This document shows, piece after piece, positions 42,301 through 50,590 of a DNA stretch of 64,000 bases. The stretch is from Crocinitomicaceae bacterium (lineage in GTDB: Bacteria > Bacteroidota > Bacteroidia > Flavobacteriales_D > Crocinitomicaceae): positions 62,216-126,215 of the forward strand of contig JBAYVD010000011.1 in NCBI GenBank assembly GCA_041674745.1. The letters are read 5' to 3'. The position numbers were made by a program, and so were the translations under genes. The first letter of the stretch is position 1; every line of letters starts with the position of its first letter. The notes beneath the pieces are model-generated. The model was given only the letters and a program-made list of their open reading frames with translations, did no database searches and was not told the DNA's origin.

Positions 42301-44536
42301 TTTCACACCAACCGCAGCTCAATGGCGAAGTGATACAGTTGACTTAACTCCTTATATTGGTAATTCAAGCGTGATCGTTGCCTTCAAAAATATTGCGAAC
42401 TACGGCAACCGCTTGTTTATTGACAACATCAATATTACTGGTACTACAATTGTTCTACAGCCAACCGCAAGTTTCACAGGGTCGCCAGCAGCCATTTGCC
42501 CTGGTCAATCCGTTGCTTTCACAAATACATCAACGGGCACACCGACTTCCTATTTGTGGACTTTTACAGGTGGAACACCGGCTACTTCAACAGCGGTCAA
42601 TCCAACTGTAACCTATGCTGCTTCTGGAAATTACACAGTGGAACTCACGGCTACCAATGCAGGTGGGTCGAATACTACTACAATTACGAATTACATCACC
42701 GTTAACTCAACGCCATCAACTCCAACTATATCTGCTGGCGGCCCCATAACATTTTGTTCTGGAGGATCGGTCGTATTGTCTTCCTCCTCCCCAACTGGCA
42801 ATCTTTGGTCGACGGGTGCAACAACTCAATCCATAACCGTTCCTTCATCAGGAACCTATACCGTTGAGGTAACCAACGCAGGTTGCGCCTCCAGTCCATC
42901 ATTGGGCACAACAATAACGGTAAATCCTATACCAACTGCACCGACCATTTCTACCGGCGGTCCAACAACTTTTTGCGCTGGAAATAACGTAGTGTTAACC
43001 TCTTCTGCGGCGTCTGGAAATTTATGGTCGACTGGTGCAACAACCCAGTCGATTACCGTTTCCACCTCTGGAACTTTTACCGTAAACACAACAGCCTTGG
43101 GATGTACCTCATCAAATTCTGGAGGTACAACCATCACGGTAAACCCTGTACCAACCACACCAACCATTTCTGCAGGAGGCCCAACCACTTTCTGCACGGG
43201 AGGATCAGTTCTGCTGACGTCATCCTCTGCCACTGGTAATCTTTGGTCAACTGGAGCAACCTCTCAATCCATTACCGTTCCATCTGCTGGGACCTATACT
43301 GTTGCCGTCACAACGGCTGGCTGTACTTCAGGCAACTCTTTGGGCACAACGATAACCGTAAATCCAATTCCAACCGCTCCGACCATTTCAGCGAGTGGCC
43401 CCACATCTTTCTGTTCTGGAGGTAATGTGGTTCTCACATCGTCTGCTTCCACCGGAAATATTTGGTCTTCAGGTGCAACAACGCAATCCATAACTGTTTC
43501 AAATTCTGGAATCTATACGGTCACATCATCAAATGCAGGTTGTACATCGGCGCCATCATTCGGTACGTCAATTATTGTAAATCCCATTCCTGTAATTGCT
43601 GTTGGAACGATTACCGACCCTTCCATTTGCTCCACAGCTAATGGAAGCATTGAAATAAATGGTGCTGGATCTGGTAATTTATTCTGGTCAGGAACGTCTT
43701 CTGGTTCAATGAACGGTACCTTACCTTTATCGGCAAATGGAATAGGCGCCGGTTCCTATTCATTTACATTTACGAGTGCTGTAGGTTGTAATTCAAATAC
43801 GGTTTCGCAAGTATTGAATGACCCAACTCCACCAGCTACACCACTTATTACAGCCAGTGGTCCGATCACTTTTTGTGATGGCAATTCGGTTACGTTGACG
43901 TCTTCTTCAGCCGCTGGAAATACGTGGTCAACTGGTGAAAATTCATCTTCCATCACAGTGAATTCTTCGGGTAATTACAGTGTTACTTATACGGATGGAA
44001 ATGGCTGCTCTTCTACCTCTAACGCTACAAATGTTCTTGTCAATTCTTTGCCCATTGTTTTATTTGACGCACTTGAAAATGTCTGCATTTACAATCCTGT
44101 CATTCCATTGGTTCAAGGTTCTCCAGCAGGTGGGATTTACAGTGGAAATGGCGTGACTGGTAGTCAATTTGACCCCAATCTTGCTGGTCTAGGATTGAGT
44201 ACATTGACCTACTTTTATACCGATGGCAATGGTTGTGGCAACTCCGCAGTATCGACTATATTCGTGGATGGTTGCGCCGGAATCGATGAGCCTACTAGTA
44301 GCAAGCTCGAAATATTTCCGAATCCTTCAACAGGAATTCTGACGATAAACGCAGGCAATACGGTAATCGTTCAATTGATTGTTTTTGATTACGCGGGAAG
44401 AAAAGTCGCAGAACAAAATGGTAATTCTAGTGCTCAATTACTGATTGATTTATCAGATCTGGCAAACGGCATGTATACCTTTGAGGTTATTTCGTCGAAT
44501 TCTGCACAACGTTTACCCATTCTAATTCAACATTAA
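39383..44536 (+). CDS. Very large surface protein: BNR/sortilin-VPS10-like propeller region, PKD and choice-of-anchor-J-like domains, tandem Cys-containing Ig-like repeats, T9SS type A CTD
   Basis: 1717 aa with a signal peptide. At least 8 S.(D/N)GG.(T/S)W motifs. PKD unit (F.D.S...PT.W.W.F.GG.P). LPLTEGF....FPP.NW (choice-of-anchor J-like). C-terminus LEIFPNPSTGILTI......FDYAGRKV. Confidence 0.85.
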   Translation: MKKSLLLKQLLIIFLFPFTFFGQVNDTSWVNMMADPAANFYDVQNAFNNYWRDKTIEKGKGYKTFKRWENYMEPRVYPSGDITLPSLAYPNYLDWIVSCQNDSTPTPLANWTPVGPIGAPVGGGAGRINFVRFDPTNSNTIYVGAPDGGLWKSTNGGVSWTTNTDQLTVIGCTDIAINPANTQTMYLATGDGEAGDSYSIGVLKSIDGGATWNTTGLTWAVSLGRRISRLLMHPTNPLILIAATTNGIYRTADGGTTWTQTSTGSFKDAEFSPGTANTVYAAGTIFQKSTDNGITWSTISSGLPTSGVQRIAIAVTPANNAYVYLLIGQSSDQGLLGIYRSTDSGATFSTQKGPTSPNLLGWNASGSDLGGQAFYDLSIAASPTAANTIIVGGVNTWRSTDGGVTWTLNSHWTGSSAPYVHADCHAIEYLPGSSTTYFIGCDGGIFKTSNSGTSFSDISANLQIAQQYRIGLSSNIAGKIVAGHQDNGTNLLNGGGWSQIYGGDGMDCFIDRTNNNTIYGSYVYGDYYKSTNGGSSWTTITTGLPGGSWLCPYKQDPVAVATLYAAGRADLYKSTNGGTSWSAVGTPSGTNNVLEFVVSPSNNQIIYAVKQNAISKSSNGGTSFTNVTGTLPTGTASLTNVTVSSTDPNIVWVTFSGYSATTKVFKSTNGGTSWVNTSTGLPNVPCNTIVYQNAAANDVVYVGTDVGVFFMDNTMSSWANYMPGLPRVSISDLEIYYPTSKIRAGTFGRGTWESDLASTSTFPPIADFTSPQTVCLGNTVAFTDGSLFAPTAWTWTFPGGTPSTSTVQNPVITYSTAGIYDVTLAISNANGADTIVKLAHISVLAGSGSTLPLTEGFTTATFPPTNWSVVNANNSSTWVRSSTIGTAPTAGNSMLFDNYNINDSDDDEMHVQPVSLLGLSDAKLTFDVAYAPYNTVNFDGLDVLVSTDCGGTFTTIYSKSNLVLATAPATLSSFTPTAAQWRSDTVDLTPYIGNSSVIVAFKNIANYGNRLFIDNINITGTTIVLQPTASFTGSPAAICPGQSVAFTNTSTGTPTSYLWTFTGGTPATSTAVNPTVTYAASGNYTVELTATNAGGSNTTTITNYITVNSTPSTPTISAGGPITFCSGGSVVLSSSSPTGNLWSTGATTQSITVPSSGTYTVEVTNAGCASSPSLGTTITVNPIPTAPTISTGGPTTFCAGNNVVLTSSAASGNLWSTGATTQSITVSTSGTFTVNTTALGCTSSNSGGTTITVNPVPTTPTISAGGPTTFCTGGSVLLTSSSATGNLWSTGATSQSITVPSAGTYTVAVTTAGCTSGNSLGTTITVNPIPTAPTISASGPTSFCSGGNVVLTSSASTGNIWSSGATTQSITVSNSGIYTVTSSNAGCTSAPSFGTSIIVNPIPVIAVGTITDPSICSTANGSIEINGAGSGNLFWSGTSSGSMNGTLPLSANGIGAGSYSFTFTSAVGCNSNTVSQVLNDPTPPATPLITASGPITFCDGNSVTLTSSSAAGNTWSTGENSSSITVNSSGNYSVTYTDGNGCSSTSNATNVLVNSLPIVLFDALENVCIYNPVIPLVQGSPAGGIYSGNGVTGSQFDPNLAGLGLSTLTYFYTDGNGCGNSAVSTIFVDGCAGIDEPTSSKLEIFPNPSTGILTINAGNTVIVQLIVFDYAGRKVAEQNGNSSAQLLIDLSDLANGMYTFEVISSNSAQRLPILIQH
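42722..43597 (+). repeat. 4 x 219-bp in-frame tandem repeat (73-aa units) inside the 1717-aa gene
   Basis: Units start at 42722, 42941, 43160 and 43379. Consensus PTIS.GGP.TFC.G..V.LTSS...GNLWSTGATTQSITV...G.YTV......C.S..S.GTTITVNP.P. A fifth, diverged unit lies at 43841-44059. Confidence 0.85.
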
Positions 44537-44556
44537 TCGCAAAAATGAAAATCAAG

Positions 44557-44590
44557 AAAAATGCTCGTCCGATTTGGACGAGCATTTTTT
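44557..44590. terminator. Bidirectional terminator between convergent genes
   Basis: ATGCTCGTCC-GATTT-GGACGAGCAT flanked by A4 and T5. Confidence 0.72.
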
Positions 44591-44634
44591 ATATAAAATA
44601 ACGAATTTACCTCTTCATGAATGAAGTAGGATTG

Positions 44635-45888
44635 TTAATCAGCTAACTCATCCATTTTCTCGTCATTGTCGTCGAGATCATCTTGTTTGAATTCTTCTTT
44701 CAAATTTCCTTCTTCATCGTATCGATCTTTTTTAGAGCCTTCGTAAATAGAAAATTTACGGAAACTACATTCCAAATCTCCATTGTACAAACGTACCCTT
44801 CGCTCAGGACGCAAACCTACATTTTTCAAACCTTCTTCACTCGCTGAAATAATCCAGCAGGTAAATCCAGTCAGCTCTTTTTTCATCCAATCGCCCAATT
44901 CCGTATACATTTCTGGAATATCAGACCCCATTCTTTCTCCATAAGGGGGATTTGAGATCACCATGCCAGATGGAAATGGTTTTTTCACATCGGCAAAATC
45001 ATTGGAAGTAATATCAACGAAACGCCCAATGGCCAATCCACGTAAATTTCGTTTTGCTTTCAACATCATGTCCGAACTAATGTCACTTCCAGCAATTTTG
45101 CATGGCAAACCTGTGCAACGCTTATTGGCATCTTCGTATATTTTGTCCCAAACCTCCGGTTGAAAATTCTTGAAGTTTTTAAAAGCATAATGGTGTCTTT
45201 CGATATTGGAAGGAATATTTGCAGCCAACAATGCCGCTTCAATCAAGATGGTACCTGAACCACAAAATGGATCGTACAAATCTGTTTTTCGATCCCAGCC
45301 TGACAAGCGAATTAATCCTGCCGCCACCACTTCATTAATCGGTGCATCTCCTACGGATTCTCTGTAGCCTCTTTGAAACAAAGGTACACCTGACGTATTC
45401 AAGGAAATCACACAATCATTTTCTTGAATGTACAAGTCAAACATCACTTGAGGAGCTTTCACCTGTACATCTGGTCGATCGATTCCTTTGTCACGAAATT
45501 TGTCAACAATCGCATCTTTCAATAAGAAGTGTGGATATTGAGAGTGACGGAACAATTTGGAAAATACCGCTCCTTTTACTGCAAAGGTCTTGTCGTTGGA
45601 GAAATATTGAGTCCAATCAATTTTAAACGCTTTTTTATACAAATCGTCTTCATCTTTGATTCTGAATTTAGCGATTTGCACCAAAACGGAAACTGCACAT
45701 CGCACGTGCAGATTCATAAAATAAACATCTTTCCATTCGCCCGATAATTGTACTGCGCGATTTAAAATTGTAATGTCTGAAAAACCCAATTCTTCCAATT
45801 CTTCTTTCAAAACTTCCTCTAAACCAAAAAAGGTTTTTAGGGTGATTATTAAAGGTTCCGACTCGTTTGTTTTATTGATTTCTGTCAT
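44635..45888 (-). CDS. THUMP-domain class I SAM-dependent RNA methyltransferase (RlmL-N/YpsC-like) with acidic C-terminal tail
   Basis: QRGYR, DPFCGSGT and NPPYGERMG motifs. The last 40 or so residues are highly acidic (EEFKQDDLDDNDEKMDELAD). Confidence 0.83.
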   Translation of the reverse strand: MTEINKTNESEPLIITLKTFFGLEEVLKEELEELGFSDITILNRAVQLSGEWKDVYFMNLHVRCAVSVLVQIAKFRIKDEDDLYKKAFKIDWTQYFSNDKTFAVKGAVFSKLFRHSQYPHFLLKDAIVDKFRDKGIDRPDVQVKAPQVMFDLYIQENDCVISLNTSGVPLFQRGYRESVGDAPINEVVAAGLIRLSGWDRKTDLYDPFCGSGTILIEAALLAANIPSNIERHHYAFKNFKNFQPEVWDKIYEDANKRCTGLPCKIAGSDISSDMMLKAKRNLRGLAIGRFVDITSNDFADVKKPFPSGMVISNPPYGERMGSDIPEMYTELGDWMKKELTGFTCWIISASEEGLKNVGLRPERRVRLYNGDLECSFRKFSIYEGSKKDRYDEEGNLKEEFKQDDLDDNDEKMDELAD

Positions 45889-45909
45889 GGTTTCACTATA
45901 TTATTCGCT

Positions 45910-45938
45910 TTGATTGTTCGCAAATACTTTTAAATTTG
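45910..45938 (+). promoter_or_regulatory. Candidate sigma-A promoter (TTG-N18-TAAATTTG) for the patatin-like gene
   Basis: TTG at 45910-45912 and TAAATTTG at 45931-45938. It overlaps the track's proposed start at 45936. Confidence 0.4.
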
Positions 45939-45953
45939 TACAAAAGAACGCAT

Positions 45954-48242
45954 TTGAAGTCATTTCTTAATAAATTTCTTCTACTATTCCTCCATTTAAT
46001 CGCTGTCACAACTCTTTTTGGACAGCAAAAAGTCGGTATAGTTTTGAGTGGCGGGGGCGCAACCGGCTTCGCGCACATCGGCGTACTGCAGGCTCTGGAA
46101 GAAAAAGGAATTCCAATCGATTACATTACAGGAACATCGGCAGGTGCCTTGGTTGGTGCATTCTATGCTGCCGGATTTTCTCCAGTAGAAATTAAAGAAT
46201 TTTGTAAAAATGAGAATTTCTATCGAATGGCAACGGGCGAACTTCGGCCAGAACAACAATTTTTATCGAAAGAGGATGATCCCAAAAGTTCGATGTTTTC
46301 TTTTCCGCTTTCTTTAGACAGCATACTTCAAAAATCTTTGCCTACCAATTTTACGAACTCGACCTTCTTGGATTACGAGCTCATGAAATTATTAGGAACG
46401 GTTGGTGCGGCGAAAGGGAACGATTTTGACAACCTTTTTGTGCCTTTCCGGTGTTTGGCATCAGACATTGTATCGAAGGAAAATGTGATTTTCAAATCAG
46501 GACACTTGAATGAAGCCGTGCGCGCATCTATGACATTCCCTTTCTATTTTCAACCCTTGCGTGTTAATGGACGACTTTTATTTGACGGTGGAATGTACAA
46601 CAACTTTCCAGCAGATGTTTTATACGATGAATTCATTCCAGATTATATTATTGGTAGCAATGTATCCTACAATGCATCGGCACCAGCGGAAAATGATTTA
46701 TTGTCGCAAATTGAAAACATGTTAGTTCGGTATTCCAATTTCGAATTGCCATGCGAAGCTGGAATTTTAATTGAACCCATTTTAACGGTCGGCACGTTTG
46801 ATTTTAAGCAAGTGGAACAAGCCATCAACATAGGCTACCTCACGGGTTTAAAATACGCCGATAGCATTTTACCTTTTATCGAAAACTTGCGTTTACCGTC
46901 TGATTTGGCCATGGAACGTCAGAAATTCCGAGAAAATATCCCTGCACTAAAAATTGACAAAATTAACAGCGGAACGGATAAAAAAATCAATTCTTTTGTT
47001 CGCAATTCTTTGTTGAGAGAAAAAAGACGGAAACCATTGACTTCCAAAGAAATTGAAAGACGCTATTTTAGATTGGCTGCTACGGAACACATTGGATTTT
47101 TATTTCCAACCATTGATACAAATGGCAACGGAACCTATGACATGAACTTGGTCGTTCGTAAAAAAAATCAATTAAAACTAGAGGTGGGAGGGCTCATTTC
47201 TTCTCGGCCAATTAACACAGGTTACTTGGGCATTACGTATTATCGCTTGAAAAAAACAGCTTTAAAAATACACGCTGAGTCCTTTTTTGGGAAGTTTTAT
47301 GGTTCCATCAATACCAATGCTAAAATTGAAATCCCTGCCTTATTTCCCATCACTATCGAACCCTACTTCACCATGAATCGGTGGGATTATTTCAAAAGTT
47401 TCGCCACCTTTTTTGAAGATGTAAAACCTTCCTTTTTGATTCAGAATGAAATGTATTATGGATTAAAAATTTCACACCCAATCACCAATAACAGCAAGAG
47501 TACCTACGATTTTCGTTTGTTTAACCTAGAAGATGATTATTACCAAACCGAAAACTTTACCTCGCAAGACACAAGTGACATTACTACTTTCAAAGGCGAA
47601 ACCTATTGTTGGAAGCTGGAACAAAACTCACTCAACCGCAAACAATTTGCCAGTTCGGGTCATTACCTCAGCTTCAAGGCTCGTTTTGTGCACGGACATG
47701 AAAAAACCATCAGTGGTTCCACATCCATCGAACCCGACCAAGAAAAATCACATCAATGGCTCAATTTGAATGCCGACTTTCAAACTTTCCCCATCAGCAC
47801 GGCATTTTTTCATTTAGGTTTTCAAGGAAAAGCCACTTTCAATAGTCAGAGTTTATTTGGAAATTATACTGCTTCGTTGCTTTCCATGACTGCATTCAAT
47901 ATTATTCCCGACGCTTTTACCTATTTTCTACCAGAATATAGATCTCCTCAATTTTTCGGAGGTGGCATCAACTTAATTTTCAGTTTGCCGAAAGGCATTG
48001 ATGTACGATTTGATGGTTTCTATTATCAACCGTTGATTCAACTGGTGAAAAATGATACTGGTGGTTTCAATTATTCGAAACCATTCAAGGGCGAATCGTA
48101 TTTAGCTTCTGCTTCTGTTATTTATCACTCTGTTTTAGGGCCACTGCGCGCCACCTTGAACTATTTCCCGAAACAGACCACCCCACTCAATTTCCAAATT
48201 AGCTTTGGCTACGTTCTTTTTAACGAAAGAGCTATCCGATAA
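45954..48242 (+). CDS. Patatin-like phospholipase family protein with large C-terminal beta-barrel-like region
   Basis: GIVLSGGGATGFAHIGVL.ALEE.GI and the catalytic GTSAGAL, plus a D-G-G motif (LFDGGMYNNFP). There is no in-frame ATG near the 5' end. The TTG at 45954 gives a signal peptide MKSFLNKFLLLFLHLIAVTTLFGQ, but the start is uncertain. Confidence 0.78.
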   Translation: MKSFLNKFLLLFLHLIAVTTLFGQQKVGIVLSGGGATGFAHIGVLQALEEKGIPIDYITGTSAGALVGAFYAAGFSPVEIKEFCKNENFYRMATGELRPEQQFLSKEDDPKSSMFSFPLSLDSILQKSLPTNFTNSTFLDYELMKLLGTVGAAKGNDFDNLFVPFRCLASDIVSKENVIFKSGHLNEAVRASMTFPFYFQPLRVNGRLLFDGGMYNNFPADVLYDEFIPDYIIGSNVSYNASAPAENDLLSQIENMLVRYSNFELPCEAGILIEPILTVGTFDFKQVEQAINIGYLTGLKYADSILPFIENLRLPSDLAMERQKFRENIPALKIDKINSGTDKKINSFVRNSLLREKRRKPLTSKEIERRYFRLAATEHIGFLFPTIDTNGNGTYDMNLVVRKKNQLKLEVGGLISSRPINTGYLGITYYRLKKTALKIHAESFFGKFYGSINTNAKIEIPALFPITIEPYFTMNRWDYFKSFATFFEDVKPSFLIQNEMYYGLKISHPITNNSKSTYDFRLFNLEDDYYQTENFTSQDTSDITTFKGETYCWKLEQNSLNRKQFASSGHYLSFKARFVHGHEKTISGSTSIEPDQEKSHQWLNLNADFQTFPISTAFFHLGFQGKATFNSQSLFGNYTASLLSMTAFNIIPDAFTYFLPEYRSPQFFGGGINLIFSLPKGIDVRFDGFYYQPLIQLVKNDTGGFNYSKPFKGESYLASASVIYHSVLGPLRATLNYFPKQTTPLNFQISFGYVLFNERAIR

Positions 48243-48264
48243 TTCTTGATTTGGTACAAGTTTT

Positions 48265-48272
48265 TATCTTTG
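48265..48272 (+). promoter_or_regulatory. Candidate -7 box TATCTTTG
   Basis: TAnnTTTG match 18 nt upstream of the ATG at 48291. The spacing to any -33 TTG is suboptimal. Confidence 0.3.
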
Positions 48273-48290
48273 CCCTCTTAAAACAATCTC

Positions 48291-49358
48291 ATGCAAAAAA
48301 TCATCAGTGGAATACAACAAATGGGGATCGGTGTTCCCAATGTTCCTGAAATTTGGAAATGGTACCGCACATTTTTTGGTGTAAACGTAAAATTATTTGA
48401 AGATGCTGCAGAGGCACCACTAATGATTCGATACACCGGAAACGAAGTTCACAAGCGAACTGCCACATTAGCGCTTTCCATGGATGGTGGCGGAGGATTT
48501 GAAATTTGGCAATACACATCTAGAAATACTGAAAAAGCTACTTTCGCTATTCAATTGGGCGATTTTGGTTTGTATGCTTGTCGTATAAAATCAAAAGACA
48601 TTCAAAAAAGTTTCGACTATTTCAAAAGCAATGGCGCTGATATTATTGGTGGCTTGGCCAAAAGACCGGATGGTGGATTACACTTTTTTGTGAAAGACCC
48701 AAACGGTAATATTTTTGATGTTGTCGAAGGATTGGATTGGTTTTCCAATACGAATCACCCAAGTCACTGTGGTGCCGTAGCCGGAACACTAATTGGAGTT
48801 AGCGACATCGATGCTGCCATGAAATTGTATTCCGATGTTTTAGGGTATACAAAAATCGTTTACGACGAAACAGCTGTTTTTGACTGCTTCAGTGGATTGC
48901 CCGGAGGGCAAACAAAATACCGTAGAGTTTTATTGGGACATCCAGAAAAAAGAAAAGGACCTTTTGCTGAACTTTTGGGTTCCACAGAAATCGAATTGGT
49001 CCAATCTTTAGACCGAACCGATTGTAAAAAAATATTCGAAAATCGCTATTGGGGAGATTGGGGATTCATTCACCTTTGTTTTGATATTCAAGGCATGGAT
49101 CAATTGAAATTGGATTGTGAAAAAGCCGGTTTCCCATTTACCGTGGATAGCGGTAACACCTTCGACATGGGCGAAGCAGGTGGTCGTTTTTCTTACATTG
49201 AAGATCCTGATGGAACGTGGATTGAATTCGTTGAAACACACAAAGTTCCAGTCATGAAAAAATGGGGTTGGTACATCAATTTGAAAAACCGAAACCCTGA
49301 AAAACACCTGCCAAAATGGATGCTGAAAGCCATGGGATTCAGCAAAGTAAAAGACTAA
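48291..49358 (+). CDS. VOC family protein (two glyoxalase/dioxygenase-like modules)
   Basis: Two beta-alpha-beta-beta-beta modules with F..DPNGN.F and IEDPDGTWIEF motifs. Confidence 0.65.
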   Translation: MQKIISGIQQMGIGVPNVPEIWKWYRTFFGVNVKLFEDAAEAPLMIRYTGNEVHKRTATLALSMDGGGGFEIWQYTSRNTEKATFAIQLGDFGLYACRIKSKDIQKSFDYFKSNGADIIGGLAKRPDGGLHFFVKDPNGNIFDVVEGLDWFSNTNHPSHCGAVAGTLIGVSDIDAAMKLYSDVLGYTKIVYDETAVFDCFSGLPGGQTKYRRVLLGHPEKRKGPFAELLGSTEIELVQSLDRTDCKKIFENRYWGDWGFIHLCFDIQGMDQLKLDCEKAGFPFTVDSGNTFDMGEAGGRFSYIEDPDGTWIEFVETHKVPVMKKWGWYINLKNRNPEKHLPKWMLKAMGFSKVKD

Positions 49359-49416
49359 ATTGAGCCAATGGCCCTTGTGACTGAGTTAACGGTTATGAAA
49401 GTCAGTTTGAATTCCT

Positions 49417-49424
49417 TACATTTG
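49417..49424 (+). promoter_or_regulatory. Candidate -7 box TACATTTG
   Basis: TAnnTTTG match 17 nt upstream of the ATG at 49442. Confidence 0.3.
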
Positions 49425-49441
49425 TTTTCTTAACAGCAATT

Positions 49442-50554
49442 ATGAATAAATTTCTTTTGATTTCCTTGTTGGCACTCATTGCCTTTTCATTTCAATCTTG
49501 TAACGAGGATGTGCAATTGGCGACCGAATACAAAGAAGTCCCTGTAATTTATGGACTTTTAGACCAAAGCGATTCGCTACATTTTATTAAAATAAACAGA
49601 GCTTTCATTGGCCCTGGAAATGCGTTTGATATAGCGCAAATTGCTGATTCCAATTATTTTACAAATGTAAATGCCAAAATTGAAGAAGTGATCAACAACA
49701 CTGTTGTTCGTTCCTGGACTTTGCGAGACACTACCTTGTATACAAAAAGCACCAATGGACTATTTTATGCTCCGGAGAACAAAGTCTATTATTTCGACAC
49801 GAAAACAAATCCTTTGTTGGAGAATGCAACGTATCGCTTAACCGTTGATATCAACGAAGGTAAATTAATCGTGCAAGGGGAAACTCGCTTGGTGAGTGGT
49901 TTTGCTACTCAAATCGGAGCAAACACTTCGGTACTGTCTAATAACAATCTTACTCTTAAGTTCGCGAAAGATCCCGGAGAATTGATTAGCACTTCCATTT
50001 GGTGCCAAGCAGGTACAGCCGCTTTCGGTAATGTTTCCTTGGATATTGAAATTTCAGAATACAGAGGAACGGATAGCACCCACATTCACGTTCCATGGGT
50101 GGTTTCAGAATCAACCGTTGCCAATAATAAAATTACTGGGGTTGCATTGGGACAAACATTTTACGACTTGGTTAAAAGTAAATTGACCAATGATAATACC
50201 ATTGATAAACGAAATTTTGAAGGCTTTAGAGTAACATACACAGGTGGCGCAGATGAATTGTACAAATACATTTTGGTGAACAAACCAACCTCATCTTTGA
50301 CACAGTCCAAGCCGACTTTTACCAACCTAACGGTTACAGAAGGATACTCAGTGGTTGGGTTGTTCTCTGCTCGAAACGTTTTTTCAATTTACATACCGTT
50401 TATAAACCCTGATTCTCAGTATATTCGTTGTATCGACGCAAATACAATGAGAGAACTCTGTCAAGGAGCTATCACCGGGAATGCCTATTATTTCTGCAGC
50501 CAACACCCAATAGACAATAGTAGCTCAAATCCAAAACCCTACGCGTGCAACTAA
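49442..50554 (+). CDS. Hypothetical lipoprotein
   Basis: 370 aa with a lipobox (AFSFQSC). Family not recognised. Confidence 0.55.
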   Translation: MNKFLLISLLALIAFSFQSCNEDVQLATEYKEVPVIYGLLDQSDSLHFIKINRAFIGPGNAFDIAQIADSNYFTNVNAKIEEVINNTVVRSWTLRDTTLYTKSTNGLFYAPENKVYYFDTKTNPLLENATYRLTVDINEGKLIVQGETRLVSGFATQIGANTSVLSNNNLTLKFAKDPGELISTSIWCQAGTAAFGNVSLDIEISEYRGTDSTHIHVPWVVSESTVANNKITGVALGQTFYDLVKSKLTNDNTIDKRNFEGFRVTYTGGADELYKYILVNKPTSSLTQSKPTFTNLTVTEGYSVVGLFSARNVFSIYIPFINPDSQYIRCIDANTMRELCQGAITGNAYYFCSQHPIDNSSSNPKPYACN

Positions 50555-50590
50555 TTCCTGTAGGAAAAAAATAGTATGTACCTTTAACGC

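Noticed and set aside
42856-43491. Minus-strand ORFs (125 aa and 65 aa) inside the 1717-aa gene
   Set aside because: They are antisense products of the 219-bp tandem repeats. The sense frame has clear domain structure and a T9SS CTD.
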